From Protoeuglena noctilucae (lineage: Eukaryota), in assembly GCA_958009085.1 (NCBI GenBank), contig OY253680.1, forward strand, positions 744,001 through 808,000: a stretch of DNA of 64,000 nucleotides. Reading direction: 5' to 3'. Of the stretch, positions 1 to 11,897 are shown in pieces. The notes under the pieces were generated by a model that was not told where the DNA came from, did no database searches, and worked only from the letters and a program-made list of their open reading frames with translations. The position numbers and the translations under genes are program-made. The stretch's first letter is position 1. Each line of letters begins with the position of its first letter.

Positions 1-127
1 GCGCCAAGTGAAGCTACTTGTAGGCAGCGGCATCACACGCTCCATCTACAGCACCTCGCTTTCATGCAACCCTACACATGCGACACACCGTCGTGCCTCT
101 TCACATCTGGTGCCCGCTCGACCACTC

Positions 128-2042
128 TCACATCTCCAAGTCAACCAAGTCGTCTTCTTCCAATCCCAGCGACTCTGCCGTCTCGTCGTCACCAACCACA
201 TCCCCGTCGAAGCGGAGGCGCGGGTGACCCTGCTGTGTGAGAGAGCACAACATGCGTTAAGTGAGATGGCTCTAGTTCTAAACATGTTCAGTAAAAGTTC
301 CTGCACCGTAAACCTACAACGCCTTATGCTTTGATCCAGGCCCAATGCCTGCGTCATCATGGGTTCACAGACCCACCCACCTTGCTGCCCCCGCCAGTGC
401 TCGCCAGCCCTTTGTCCCGAAACATCTGCAACATGACTGTCGCGTACGTCGCCAGCGGACGCTTGATGTCGACCAGAAACTTCAGCTTGTGCGCTTCCTT
501 CCAGCACACCAGGCGGGCCACGATGGAGAGCTTTTTTGTCGAACAACCACCCTCGCCTTCGCCCTGATTCGAAACCCCGTCGACGCCCTCTGTTGCCTGC
601 AGCCGGAATCATTGTTTTGATGTCCATTCCATGCACATAGACATGTGACACATGAGCCGTTACACCTGCTTCCTCCCGCAGCCACTGCTCACCTGCCCAT
701 TCCTCGCCCGTGCCCCGCTCCCAGCCGCAGCTGCCGACCGCCCTGATGTTTCAGCACAGCTCACGCTCCCGCCGCCCTGTGTCCTGCACCAAACAGATGG
801 GGTAGAGAGCATCGCATAGTCTGCCATGCACGCCATGCAATGCAGGCGTCTCAACACCCAAAGCCGCGTCAAGCACGCACCTATCTGGCACAGCAGACAC
901 CGTGCCTCCCTCGCCAGCCCTCTCTGCGTTCTGCACCATCGCCCGCATCAGCAGGACGCGGGGGTCGGCAGCTGCGGGATCCCGGGCCGGCGTGGCCTGC
1001 AAGGAAAGCGGAGAAAGACACTTCGCCAATGCCATCCACGATTGCAACCCACCATCACCACAGCTGCACCCATGCACCTGTCCTTTGGCCCCGTCCCTCG
1101 CGCGTGCCCGTTTCCTGCCACCCCGGCCATCGCCAGCGGTCCCTGCCTCCGAGTCTGGCTGCGACTCCGGCTGCGACAAGATCATCACATCCGACTCCTC
1201 GTCTGAGTCCTGCGAGTGGCGCAAATGACATTGCCACCGTTGCACTTGCGAGGGTGCATATCACCCTTGCTGCGCTTGTGTGTGCGTACGCTCAGCGGTG
1301 CCGGCGCATCCCGGCCCACGACAGCCCATTACTCGCCGGTGTCTGCTCAGGTGGAAGGTCGGGCACGCCACGCGGCCTGCCGCGACCACGCCCCCGCCCG
1401 CGCCCCCTTCCTACGCCCGTGTGGTTATCAGGGGGTCCCGAAGACGACGGCAGCGCGCGTCGCTTCACCGTGTCCGAATAGTCGAACAGGTCGTCGTCAT
1501 CGTCGTCCACTGTGGCGGGGAGAGGGCGGGCGGATGGGTCGCTGGCCGGCCCACGTTCGGCAGCACAGCGTGCTGACCATGTTTCGTCGCCACGCACCGG
1601 TGATGGCGACTGCGGGCGCCTTCTGCGATGCGCTGACCATCGTGCGAGATGGACGGGTCGTTGAAGTCATGTGTCCGCTCTCCAGGCGCGCGCGCGCGGG
1701 TCAATCCTGCATGAGAGCGGGATGGCATGGCTGGGTAACGACACCCGCCTCCGGTATGCACCTTCGACGACGGCTGCAAGTGGTTACGGACAACCCGAAC
1801 GCAGCCACCTACTCACATGCTGTGACAGGACCGGTTGGAGACGGCGGCACCTCGTCCAGTTGCGCCCGGAAACGAACGGTCCCTGCAGGGGGAGAGGCCT
1901 ACGAACGCCCGCCTGATCGCGATGCCGGTCTCTTGCGACTCGATGTGGATTGGTGACGGAGCGGCAGGTCGAAAGGGCACTCGAGTGGGCAGAAGACAGC
2001 GGTTGCTGGCGCACGCCAGGACGTGGATCCTTCCACGTCCAT
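128..2042 (-). CDS. Rad60/Esc2/NIP45-like protein with C-terminal SUMO-like domain (multi-exon; start uncertain)
   Basis: The last exon (229-128) reads GHPRLRFDGDVVGDDETAESLGLEEDDLVDLEM*, matching the SUMO-like 'F.FDG......TP..L.MEDDD.ID' pattern but with no di-Gly. The preceding exon reads KKLSIVARLVCWKEAHKLKFLVDIKRPL. The N-terminus is acidic and disordered, with DDDDDDLF and an RGRGRGRPRG (AT-hook-like) stretch. ATG 2042 is inferred. Confidence 0.55.
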
Positions 2043-2199
2043 CTTCGCCCTGCGGGCGCAGAACGTCCGAGCTAGGAGTTAGCGCTATAGGTCCTGTGTC
2101 AACTGCGTGCTCTTCTCACATCGCCCACTGCTCGCGTGCCCAGGGCGCCAGGCCCAAGGTCCCCCGTTGGGGCTCAGGACCGATTGCCAGGGGCGAAGG

Positions 2200-5100
2200 A
2201 TGGACGTAGACGCCCTGGTTGACCAGGCGCTCTGCAGGGTCCTCTGCGTCACGCTGGACAGGGCCAAGGTGAGGCGATGGCGGACGTGACCCTCCCTCTC
2301 CCACACCGCGCACTCCGGCGCCCCTTAACCGGCCGCGCCGACACAGTCCAAGCCAACCAAATGGACGGCACGCGTGGATGGCGGCATCGCGTTTGCGAGG
2401 GGGCGGTCGCGGCGAAGGCCCACAACATCGCCGGGTACGCAGCCCCCCCGCCCCCGCCCCTGCAGGCTTCGCCGCAGTCGGTGCCGCCGGTGTTTCTTTG
2501 GGAGAATCAGGAGGGCATCCCGCGTCTGAACGCCGACGTGGCCGAGGGAGTTGTCGTGGATCTGCTGTCCTCGCCTCCTGCCGGTCTGGCGCAGACGCCG
2601 CTCTGGTTCCTCCTCGGGTGCTACGGTCGGGCATCGCACGAGCTTCGCACGACCGTCTCCTACATCCGGGATAAGGAGAAGGTGCGCATCGCTGGGCTTG
2701 GCGGGGCCAGGAACCCTCTGCGCGTTTCCATCACCCACGGCCCGCGGCCCGCCCCCCCGCAGGCGGACAAGGTCTACGATGCGCTGAAGCAGCTGCAGAA
2801 GATCATCGTCAACTACGCGTGTCTGCTGCTCACCGCTCCGGAGGTCTTCCCGCAGCCCCCGGGCGACGTGCAGCGCGGCCCCCTCCTGCTCCTGGTGCGC
2901 AGTGCGCGAGAGGCGCTTGGCTTCCCACATTGCGCATCGAGGCCTTATGCATCAGCTCCGCGCGGCTCGGGGACTGCCCCGGTGTTCGGTGCGATATGAC
3001 ATGGTCGGGCTTCCTTGTTGGTCCTTGCAGGACGCCCTGAGCGTGCTGGATGACGGCAGCCCCGCCGGGGACAAGTACGCGCGTGCGTCGTTCCGTCTGC
3101 CCGTGGGATTCCTCGAGGATGCCGTGCAGGTGGGACAGCACCAGTGACAGCATCTGTACAAGCACAGTGAGGTGCTGTGATTTGTCGAGCCATGCGCTGA
3201 TGAAGACTTCAATCGAGTATTACACTGTCTATACAGTCCGAGTTGGAATGATGCAACGACCGCGCACCCATGATGTGGCCCGCAGCACCTGGCGATGGAT
3301 GACGGGGACGACGCGGTGGATGCCGTGGTGCATCCGATCCTCAGGGAGCTGGGGAAGCGGCCCGTGGGCAAGAGCCCGCTTGTCGAAGTGCGGGGGGACC
3401 TGGTGAGACAAACGCAGAGCAGCGGGGCAGGCCGCGCCACCCATGCCACGTACGCTTCGCTGCGCAGTTAACGCTCACTGCAGTGCCACACGCACTGGGC
3501 TCTCTTGCCTCAATACAATCGCACACCTCTCCTTCTGACCCCAGGCCCTGCTATCCTCCATCCTGACGAGCCGCCCCGTGGCCCTCTCCCTCTTGCGCTC
3601 CAAGCTGTGGCTCCCGGAGCCGTCGTACTTCAACCCACGCAACCCGGTGCTAGTGCGCATCTCCACCCCCACGGGCCGCAACTTCCAGGGCGGCACTGCC
3701 CTGGGGACCTACCTGGCAATCTCGCCCATCCCCGACCTGAGCGGTTGCTTCCCCGCCATGCCCAGCGTGATTGACCGGTGCTTCCACGACCCCGCCAACA
3801 TGCCGCAGGCGGACATCAGCAACGCCATTACGTCGCTCAGGCTCACCACGGTGAGGGACATGGGGCGAGATGCAATGGGGGCGTCATGGCACAAACAAAC
3901 AAACAGTCAGTTTGTGCACGACTCGCCACCACTATGGTGGGTCACACCCATTGTTGTTCCCATTCCTGTCCCCTCTTGTCCCTAACTATCGCAGGAGAGT
4001 CTCGTGGGCGCTCTGCACGCCACCCTCCACGCGCTGTTGAAGGACAAGGCCACGCGCCGCCCCACGCTCGTGTGGCTGGCCAGCGTGGTCGACGCCAACA
4101 TGGAGCTCGCAAAGATGTCCCCCGACCCATGGAAGGCCTCCACGTCGGGCTTCATGTTCAACCTTGCGTGGGTCATGCTGCGCCTCTCGGAGCCCTTCAC
4201 TGCGGATGTGGCCAAGGCGTTTCAGCGACTGACGCCGGACTACGTGGCGGACCCTGTGGGGAGCTTACTGAACCTGGGAGATCATGAGACGAGGATGAGT
4301 GCGACGACGGAGACCGTCGAGGCGTTCGCGGCGGAGGTGGCGGAGAGGAGGGCATCGGGAGCGGGGGCGTCCGGGTCTGCGGCCGGTGAGAGATGAGATG
4401 GGTGTGGAGCTGTGGGTCGGTGGAGGGGTGTGGAGGGATGAGTTGCTGCAGGATGGTTGCTGACTTTAGAGTCTTGGTGGATGGCAGTGCACAGCACTGT
4501 GTGGAATCAACTGCCCGCCCACTGCCCCAGTTGTCGTCGTGACCATCACACCCCACCGTGACCCCCGCAGCCGCGTCCCAGTCACCCCCGACGGCCATCT
4601 CGCAGCGGCTGTACCGCGTGCCGTCTCCCGATGAGCCCGACGGCCCCTACAGCTTCATCTGCGAGTGCTTCTTCCTCACCGCACGCGCCTTGCACCTGGG
4701 CCCCATCCGCGTGCTCACCACCCTCAAGAACATCCAGCGCCAGATCCACCGCGTCAAGGAGGAGCTGTTTTTGACAGAGGCAGAGCTGAGCATGACGGCG
4801 CCGGGCACCGCCAGGCACCGGCAGCTGAGCGCGGAGGTGAGGGGCCGGGTGGGGGAGTCGTGGGGAGCGACGCTTGGTGTGGACTGTGCTGGAGTAATGA
4901 GCACTATGCACCGGACATAGTAGTACCGAGGCACTTTCACCGACCCCACCCCAGCTCTCCACACAACCCGACAACTGACCCGACTTCACGACCCCCACCG
5001 CATCGCCCCGCCCCTTCAGGCCGCGCAGACCAAGGACGAGATCCGTCAGATGGAGAGCATCGTGCTCTGCATGGTCACGGCGGTGTACGACCCCAAGTTC

Positions 5101-8100
5101 CTCACAGAGGCCATGGGCTTTGTGCGACTGGTGGCGCTGTGGCTGGTGCACGTGGCACTAGGTGAGCAGGGGTCAGAGTGGGGCTTGGAGAGGGGCAGGG
5201 AGACGCAAAGAGCGCGTGTTGCTGGTGATTAAGCTGACCAACCTTGCCTCCTGTCTTCCGCACTCGCGTCTCCGTCTGTCAGAGTACCTTGTTTGTCAGA
5301 GTACCCTGTTTGTCAGGGCACCTAGTGACCTTTCCCATCTACCCTCTCCCCCAGGTGGCCAGCAGCTGTCGGGCAATTGGTTCCGATCGGACGCATCCAA
5401 CCCCAGGGAACTGGCCGTGGTGAGTGGAGACGGGAGCCGGCAGCCGACCGTGGCAGCTGACCCTGTTGAGCGTTGTCAATCAAGTAGCCCTGTTGAGCAA
5501 CGAATCGATCAATAAATCAATTGACTATCGTTACTCATCTTCTCATCCCTCTCATCCATCTCAGCTCCCCGAGCACCTGGTGGAGGATGCGTGCGAGGTG
5601 CTGGCGGCCGTGGGGAACGCCGCGCCTCACCTCCTCGATCAGGGGCTCACCTACGACCTCATGCAGTTCTTCTGGTGAGTGGGGTGTGGGACTGTAACAG
5701 CGCACTATCATCTTGATGGCACTTTCCGTGCACCTGCCCACCCGTCACCCACGCATGCCCTTCCCTCACCCACGCAGCGTCTTCCTGGGCCGCCCCCAGC
5801 TCATCCGGAACCCGTACCTTCGATCCAAGATGATTGACGTCCTCTGGCAGTGGCTGCCGAGCTCACAGGCGAGGGCACTCTTGCATTGACAGACGACGCT
5901 AACCGTAACTGACCACAAGCCCCTCTCCACCGCTGTCACTCACCACGCACCGCAGTGTACCTCATTGCACGAAGCTCACCCGGACCTTCCGCGTCTTGCG
6001 TGCAGGACCGCCAGCCCCGCTACCGCCTCTCGCCCCAGACATCCCTGGCTCATGTTTTCGAGACTCCCCTGGTGGTGTCTGCGCTGGTGCCCGCCCTCAT
6101 CCGCATCTACATCGACATCGAATTCACCGAACGACACAACCAGGCGAGGAAGGAAGCATGGGTTGATGGGGTGGGGTGAGGGACAGGGTGACGAGAGGGT
6201 GGTGCGGAGGTGGCCGTGCGCATGTCACCATGACATTCATAGCCTTCTGCGGCCTCTCTCTTGTCGTTTCATTTCAAATGCAAGTCCATTCTTCTTCTTG
6301 CAGTTCTATGAGAAGTTCTCCACCCGCGCCCACATTGGGGACCTGTTTGAGCACCTGTGGGAGAACCCAGGGCACAGGCGAGGGCGCTTGGGATTGACGT
6401 TGCGATGTTGGGTTGTTGTAGCACAGAGTGCATCTTGTACAGGCTCTGTGGGTCAGCAGCGAGGGTGCGATGAGCGGGTGGCAATCAAATATGAACTCTA
6501 TGTATTGTCTTGCAAATGCGCAGGGCCACGTGGCGGCAGTACGCCTACTCCGAGCCGGACGTGTACGTGCGCTTCTGCAACATGATGCTCAACGATGGTG
6601 AGGGAGCCATTACATGCTGGTTCACCGCCCCACTCGCACCTGCATTGGACAGTCGTCCACCTCTCACCTCACCTATCACCTCTGACCTCTGACCTCACTT
6701 CTCGCCTCTCACGTCACCTCTCACCTCACCTCTGACCTCTCACCTAATCTCTCCCCACTGCAGGCATCTTCCTCCTGGACGAGACGCTGCGCCTGCTGCC
6801 TGACATCAAGGAGGAGGAGAGGACCAAGAACGACAACAGCACCTGGTGAGAGGGGTGGAGGGACGTCCGCAGCTCTGCGTTGATCCAAACCTTGCAGCTC
6901 ATGATACCTGCCTTGTGCATCCTTCCCAGCTCTTTCACCACAAACTTTGCTTCCTTCACTGCCCCTCTTAGGTCCTCGATGAACCCCGAGCAGCGTCAGG
7001 AGTTGGACGCGCGCCTGCAGGAGCACATCGGGCACGTGACGGGGATGCTGGAGCTGGGGCAGTCGACGATGGAGACGCTGCACCTGTCCACGCAGGAGGT
7101 GCAGGTGAGGGGACGACAGGATGTCATCATGGGTGGACCATGCATGATGCACCGTGCATGTGCCAGTGACCACTGCCCTTGCTTCGTCACCCCATCACAT
7201 GCTTAAATCACTCTCACCCGTCTCTCATCCTCTCCAGGCCCCCTTCCTCGGCCCCATGGTCAACCGCGTGGCGGAGATGCTCAACTACTTCCTACTGCAC
7301 TTGGCCGGACCAGGTGAGTGATGCAAGCTACACAGCGTAACGGCATTACCAAAACGATACGAACAACACACCCTCATCCACCACATCCCTCTCACCCACT
7401 TCCCCTCTCTCACCTGTCCCTCATTGCCACTGCCACCGCCTTGCCTCAGCCCCACTCCACCACCCTACGCACCCCGCGCGTTCTCCTCCCTCGCAGCCCG
7501 CAAGTCCCTGGCGGTCTCCAAGGACCTCCGGTCAAAGATCGGCTTCCGCCCCGAGGAGCTCTTGGCCAGCGTGGTCAAGCTGTACCTGAACCTCTTCCAC
7601 GCGGACCGGGAGGGCGCGCTGGTCAAGGCCATCGTCAGCGAGGGGCGCAGCTTCCGGCCCACGCTCTTCGCCGAGGCGGAGGCGGTCATCCGGTGAGGGC
7701 AGAGAGGTGTACGAGAAGTTTATGGTTTCGAATCGCAGCCAAGGCGAAGCTCATTGAGAGGTGCTGGTGGCGATGACAGCGATGGTGTTTTGTCGGGGCG
7801 GGCTGAGCAAGGGTGGTCTCTGCTGATGGCTATTCAAAAGTGGCTGTGCCTCTCCTCGTCTCTCGCAGGGACCGCGGCATCGTGGGTTCCGAGGAGTTAC
7901 ACGGCTTTGCTGCGCTGGCGAGGGCGGTGGAGGAGGCGGGGAGGGAAGGGGCCGAGGAGGACGATATCCTGGCGGTGAGTCAGATAAGGGTCAAGACAGT
8001 GTGGGATTACAGTGTGGGATGGCAGTTTGGGACAGCACTACCGTTATCCCCACTGCCACCCTCGCTGCCACCCCCACTGCCACCCCCACTGACACCAAAG

Positions 8101-8482
8101 CCCGTCCCATTTCCCCGCGTCATAGGAGGTGGGCGACGACGTCCCCGAGGAGTTCCTGGACCCCATCCTGGGCACGGTGATGAAGGACCCCGTGCTGCTT
8201 ACCACGTCCGGGCACGTGGTGGACCGGGACATCATCACCAGGCACCTGCTGACGGACCAGAAGGACCCTTTCAACCGACAGGACCTCACCATCGAGATGC
8301 TGCAGTGAGCGGACATGCAGAACGGAGCTTAGTGATGTTCATCATGTCAGTGCCGATCGCATGCTTAGTATGAGCAAGTCTGTCTCTCTCCTCTCCACCG
8401 CAGGCCCCAGGAGGACTTGAGGAGGCAAATCGAGGCGTGGATGGCGGACCTGAAGGCCCAGAGGCACGCCAAGGCCAACTAG
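2200..8482 (+). CDS. UFD2: Ubiquitin conjugation factor E4 (UFD2/UBE4), U-box ligase, many introns
   Basis: Ufd2P core motifs are present: [63 protein letters not shown]. The C-terminal U-box reads [53 protein letters not shown] at 8480-8482. Confidence 0.95.
6662..6745. repeat. Intronic low-complexity CTCAC/CTCTGAC repeat
   Basis: Imperfect tandem ctcacct/ctctgac units lie upstream of a UFD2 3' splice site. Confidence 0.6.
8048..8095. repeat. Intronic 12-bp imperfect tandem repeat (ccccactgccac)
   Basis: About 4 copies in a UFD2 intron. Confidence 0.6.
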
Positions 8483-8933
8483 AGATCGAGGATGCTTTGC
8501 TAAGACTGGTGTGGGTGCCTGCATGCCATCTGTGGGTCGGATGCCCGGACCTGGCCAGGAGCAGCGCAAGGTGCTGCATCGTGTGGCATTTGTACCAGAG
8601 CCACTTAGCAGCTGCTGTCTATCGCTAGTCGCCAGGAGTGAAACCGGCAGCTTTCTCTTGCAGTTGCATTTCCAGTCGTGCCATTCAACGGGCACCCGTA
8701 TCCACACAAGTTACGGACAGAACTAGGAAGACCACAACGCACGTGACTAACACAACCGCATGCGGGGAACACCAACGCAAATGGGAGAGGCAGGGCTCTC
8801 GATCCCAAACCACCCCACCGCCACGAGAGCCTAAGACGCACACAGCCTCTGCCCCTGAGCCCCAACAGGTCCCGGCAAGCTGCAGGACTGACACCCCTTT
8901 ACCCCACCACTCCTCCAACCTCCCCACCGACCC

Positions 8934-11634
8934 TCACAAGTCGGTGTGGTCGAACTCCTCGTCGGCGTCACCCCCCGCCCCCGCCCTCTCGAGGATGGGC
9001 CGTACCCGCTCCTCGATCTCGTCCCGCTTCTCGTTGAACTCCTCCGCGGTCGTGTACTGGTCCACCTCGTCGTCCAGCCACTCCTGGCAGGCCTCGGCCG
9101 CCTCCCGCACCGCCTCCTTGTCCCCCGCGCTTAGCCGCCCCGCCTTGCGGTCGTCGTCAATCATCTGGGACAGCCCGAAGCAGTAGCCCTCGAGCTTCTG
9201 CCGCGCCTCGTTCTTCTCCCGGAACAGACGGTCCTGCTCAGCGAACTTCTCCGCCTCCTTGACCATCCGCTCCACGTCCTCGTCCGACAGCGTCGTCGAC
9301 TTGGGCTTGACTTTCATGTCCGAGCTCTTGCCGGTGCCCTTCTCGAGCGCCGTCACCGCCAGCACCGAGTTGGCGTCCAGCTCGAACGTCACCTTGATCT
9401 GCGGCTGCCCGCGCGGCGCGGGCGGGATGCCCGACAGGTCGAACTCCCCCAGCAGCGCGTTGTCCTTGGTCTGGGCGCGCTCGCCCTCGAAGACCTTGAT
9501 GGACACCGTGGACTGGTTGTCCTGGTACGTCGAGAAGACCTGGGACTTCTTGGTGGGGATCTGGGTGGCGCGCGGGATGATCTTGGTCATGACGCCGCCG
9601 ACCGTCTCGATGCCCAGCGACAGGGACGTCACGTCCACGAGCAGGATGTCCTTGGTGAACTCGTCGCGCACGCCGTGCAGGGCGTTGGCCTGGATGGCGG
9701 CGCCCTGGCACACGGCCTCGTCGGGGTGGAGGCCCTTGAAGGGCGCGCGTCCAAACCACTTGGTCACCTCCTCCTCGATCGCAGGGATGCGCGTGGACCC
9801 GCCCACGAGCACCACCTCGTCGAGCTCCTCCTTGGACACCCCCGCCACCTTCAGCGCCTCCTCCACCTTCTCGATCGTGCTCTTGAACAGCGGCGCGCAC
9901 TCCTTGTTGAACTGGGCGCGGGTGATGGTCACCTCGAAGTCCTGCTCGTCGCCGAAGAAGTTGTCCACCTGGATGTCCACCTTCAGCTGCACCGACAGCA
10001 GGCGCTGCGGGGGCGGGAGGGAAGGAAAGGTGGGTGAGAGACGCATGCGAGAGACCCCGACCCAGTCAACGCTGCGACAGCGCAAGCTGGAGCTAGCCAC
10101 ATGGCATGACCCTGACTCTGTTACAATCCTAGCAAGCATCAATTCATACAATCACATCGCTTCTATATCTCTTTCTCACCTTGGCCTTCTCGGCCTCGGA
10201 CTGCAGCTTGGCCATCTTGCGGGGGTTCTCGCGGATCTGGCGCTCCTTGTCCGCCGCGTCGGGGTACTTCTTGAGGCCGTTCTTGAGCATCAGGTTGACG
10301 ACCTTCTCGTCGAAGTCGCGGCCGCCGAGGCTGTCGTTCCCCGCCACGCCCTCAATGAAGAAGAGACCGTCCTCAGCTTCCAGCACCGTCACGTCGAACG
10401 TGCCGCCGCCCAGATCGTACACCAGCACCTTCATCTCCCCGCGCTTGTCCAGGGCGTACGCGATGGCAGCGGCCGTCGGCTCGTCGACCGTGCGTTCCAC
10501 TGCGACAGGACAGGGGTGGCGCAGGGCATGAGATGCTTGCGGTGGCGTGCGTGCAAGCGTGCAGCGCTGCCAACGCACCCTCGCTGCGCCCCGCGTCTCC
10601 CAGCGCACTCACCCGTGAGCCCCGCGATCTTGGCCGCCTGGATCGTGGCGACCTTCTGCGGCTCGTGGAAGTAGGCCGGCACCGTGACCACCGCCTTGTC
10701 GACCGTGGCCGGCGACAGCACCGCCTCAGCCGTCTCCTTCATCTTGGACAGCACGGCCGCGGAGATCATCTCGGGCGACATGCGCTTCGCCTCCCCGTTG
10801 ATCGTGACCTCAATCACCGGGCGCGCCGTCTCCCCGGACCCCTCCTTGACCACCTTGTACTGCAGCGTGCCGATCAGCTTCTGCAGCTTCTCGTCGTCCC
10901 ACCTGCGAGGGCCAGGAGTCGCAGGGTATTGGCGCTCGTCGCCATCGCAGGGGCGGCGGGCTTTGTGGGCGAGGCGAGGTGCGCGCAGGGGCGGACCTGC
11001 GGCCGATGATGCGCTTCACGTCGTAAAGCGTGTTGCGCGGGTTGGCGAACTGCTGGTTCTTGGCGGCCTCGCCGATCAGGCGCTGGCCGTCGGCGGTGAA
11101 GGCCACCCAGGAGGGCGTGATGCGCGCACCCTGGTCATTCTGGAGCACCTCCGCACGGCCCTGCAAGGGACGCGGACGGGCTCGGGTGCGTGGCAGGCCG
11201 TGGTGCCAGCACGAGGCCGAGAACGCGACGTCAGCAGCGCGTGGCCGGCGCGGGCGGGCGCCGGGAGGCCGGGGTGCGGCGCGCCGGGCGACAGATCGCC
11301 GCCCCCCACCTGGCGGTAGACCGCGACGCAGGAGTAGGTGGTGCCGAGATCGATGCCCACGGGGTACGAAGTGACGGCCAAGGAGACGCCGGAGAGCAGG
11401 AGGGCCGCGAATGCCAGCCCTGCGACGCGGAAACGGGCATCGAGGTTCCCGAGGCTTCCTACCGCCCGGGCCGCGCGGGGAGGGGTCGGATGGGAGCGTG
11501 GGGCAGAAACTGCGACATCTCGCGATGAAAGCGGCGGGAGAGCGCGGTGTGGGGGCGCCCGGGTGAGCGGCGCGGCGCAGCGAGGCACCTGCGATGGCAA
11601 GGGCCAGGAGCCGCGAGGAGGCCTTGCTCCTCAT
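8934..11634 (-). CDS. BIP: ER-luminal HSP70 (BiP-like), divergent
   Basis: Signal peptide ([30 protein letters not shown]), then [55 protein letters not shown] and [17 protein letters not shown]. It ends in the KDEL-like HTDL*. Confidence 0.95.
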
Positions 11635-11897
11635 CCTGGGCGCGCGAATCCAGTCCCGACGAGGATTAATCGACAAGAGATGCGAGTTCTCTGTGGCGGG
11701 AGGGACGGGGGGGCCCAGATGTGGCCGTTTTGACCAGTCTGACACGGTGACGCTCTGGCGAGCTGGGAAGCTCCGCGCCGTGTCTGACCGCCACGGCCCC
11801 CGCCAGGCCAAATAAGCGGTCGCGTTCGCGAGCTCGGGACATTATTCACCAGCACAGACCGGCTCCCGGTGCATCGGCCCGCTCCTGGCGCGCGGCA
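11635..11897. promoter_or_regulatory. Putative bidirectional promoter shared by BiP and GRP94
   Basis: Only ~263 bp separate the divergent ATGs. It contains an inverted pair GACACGG (11741-11747) / CCGTGTC (11778-11784) and a CCACG half-site at 11791. Confidence 0.6.

Noticed and set aside
9259..10674. 471-aa ORF antisense to BiP
   Set aside because: A well-known shadow ORF on the antisense strand of GC3-rich HSP70 genes, with no independent coding signal.
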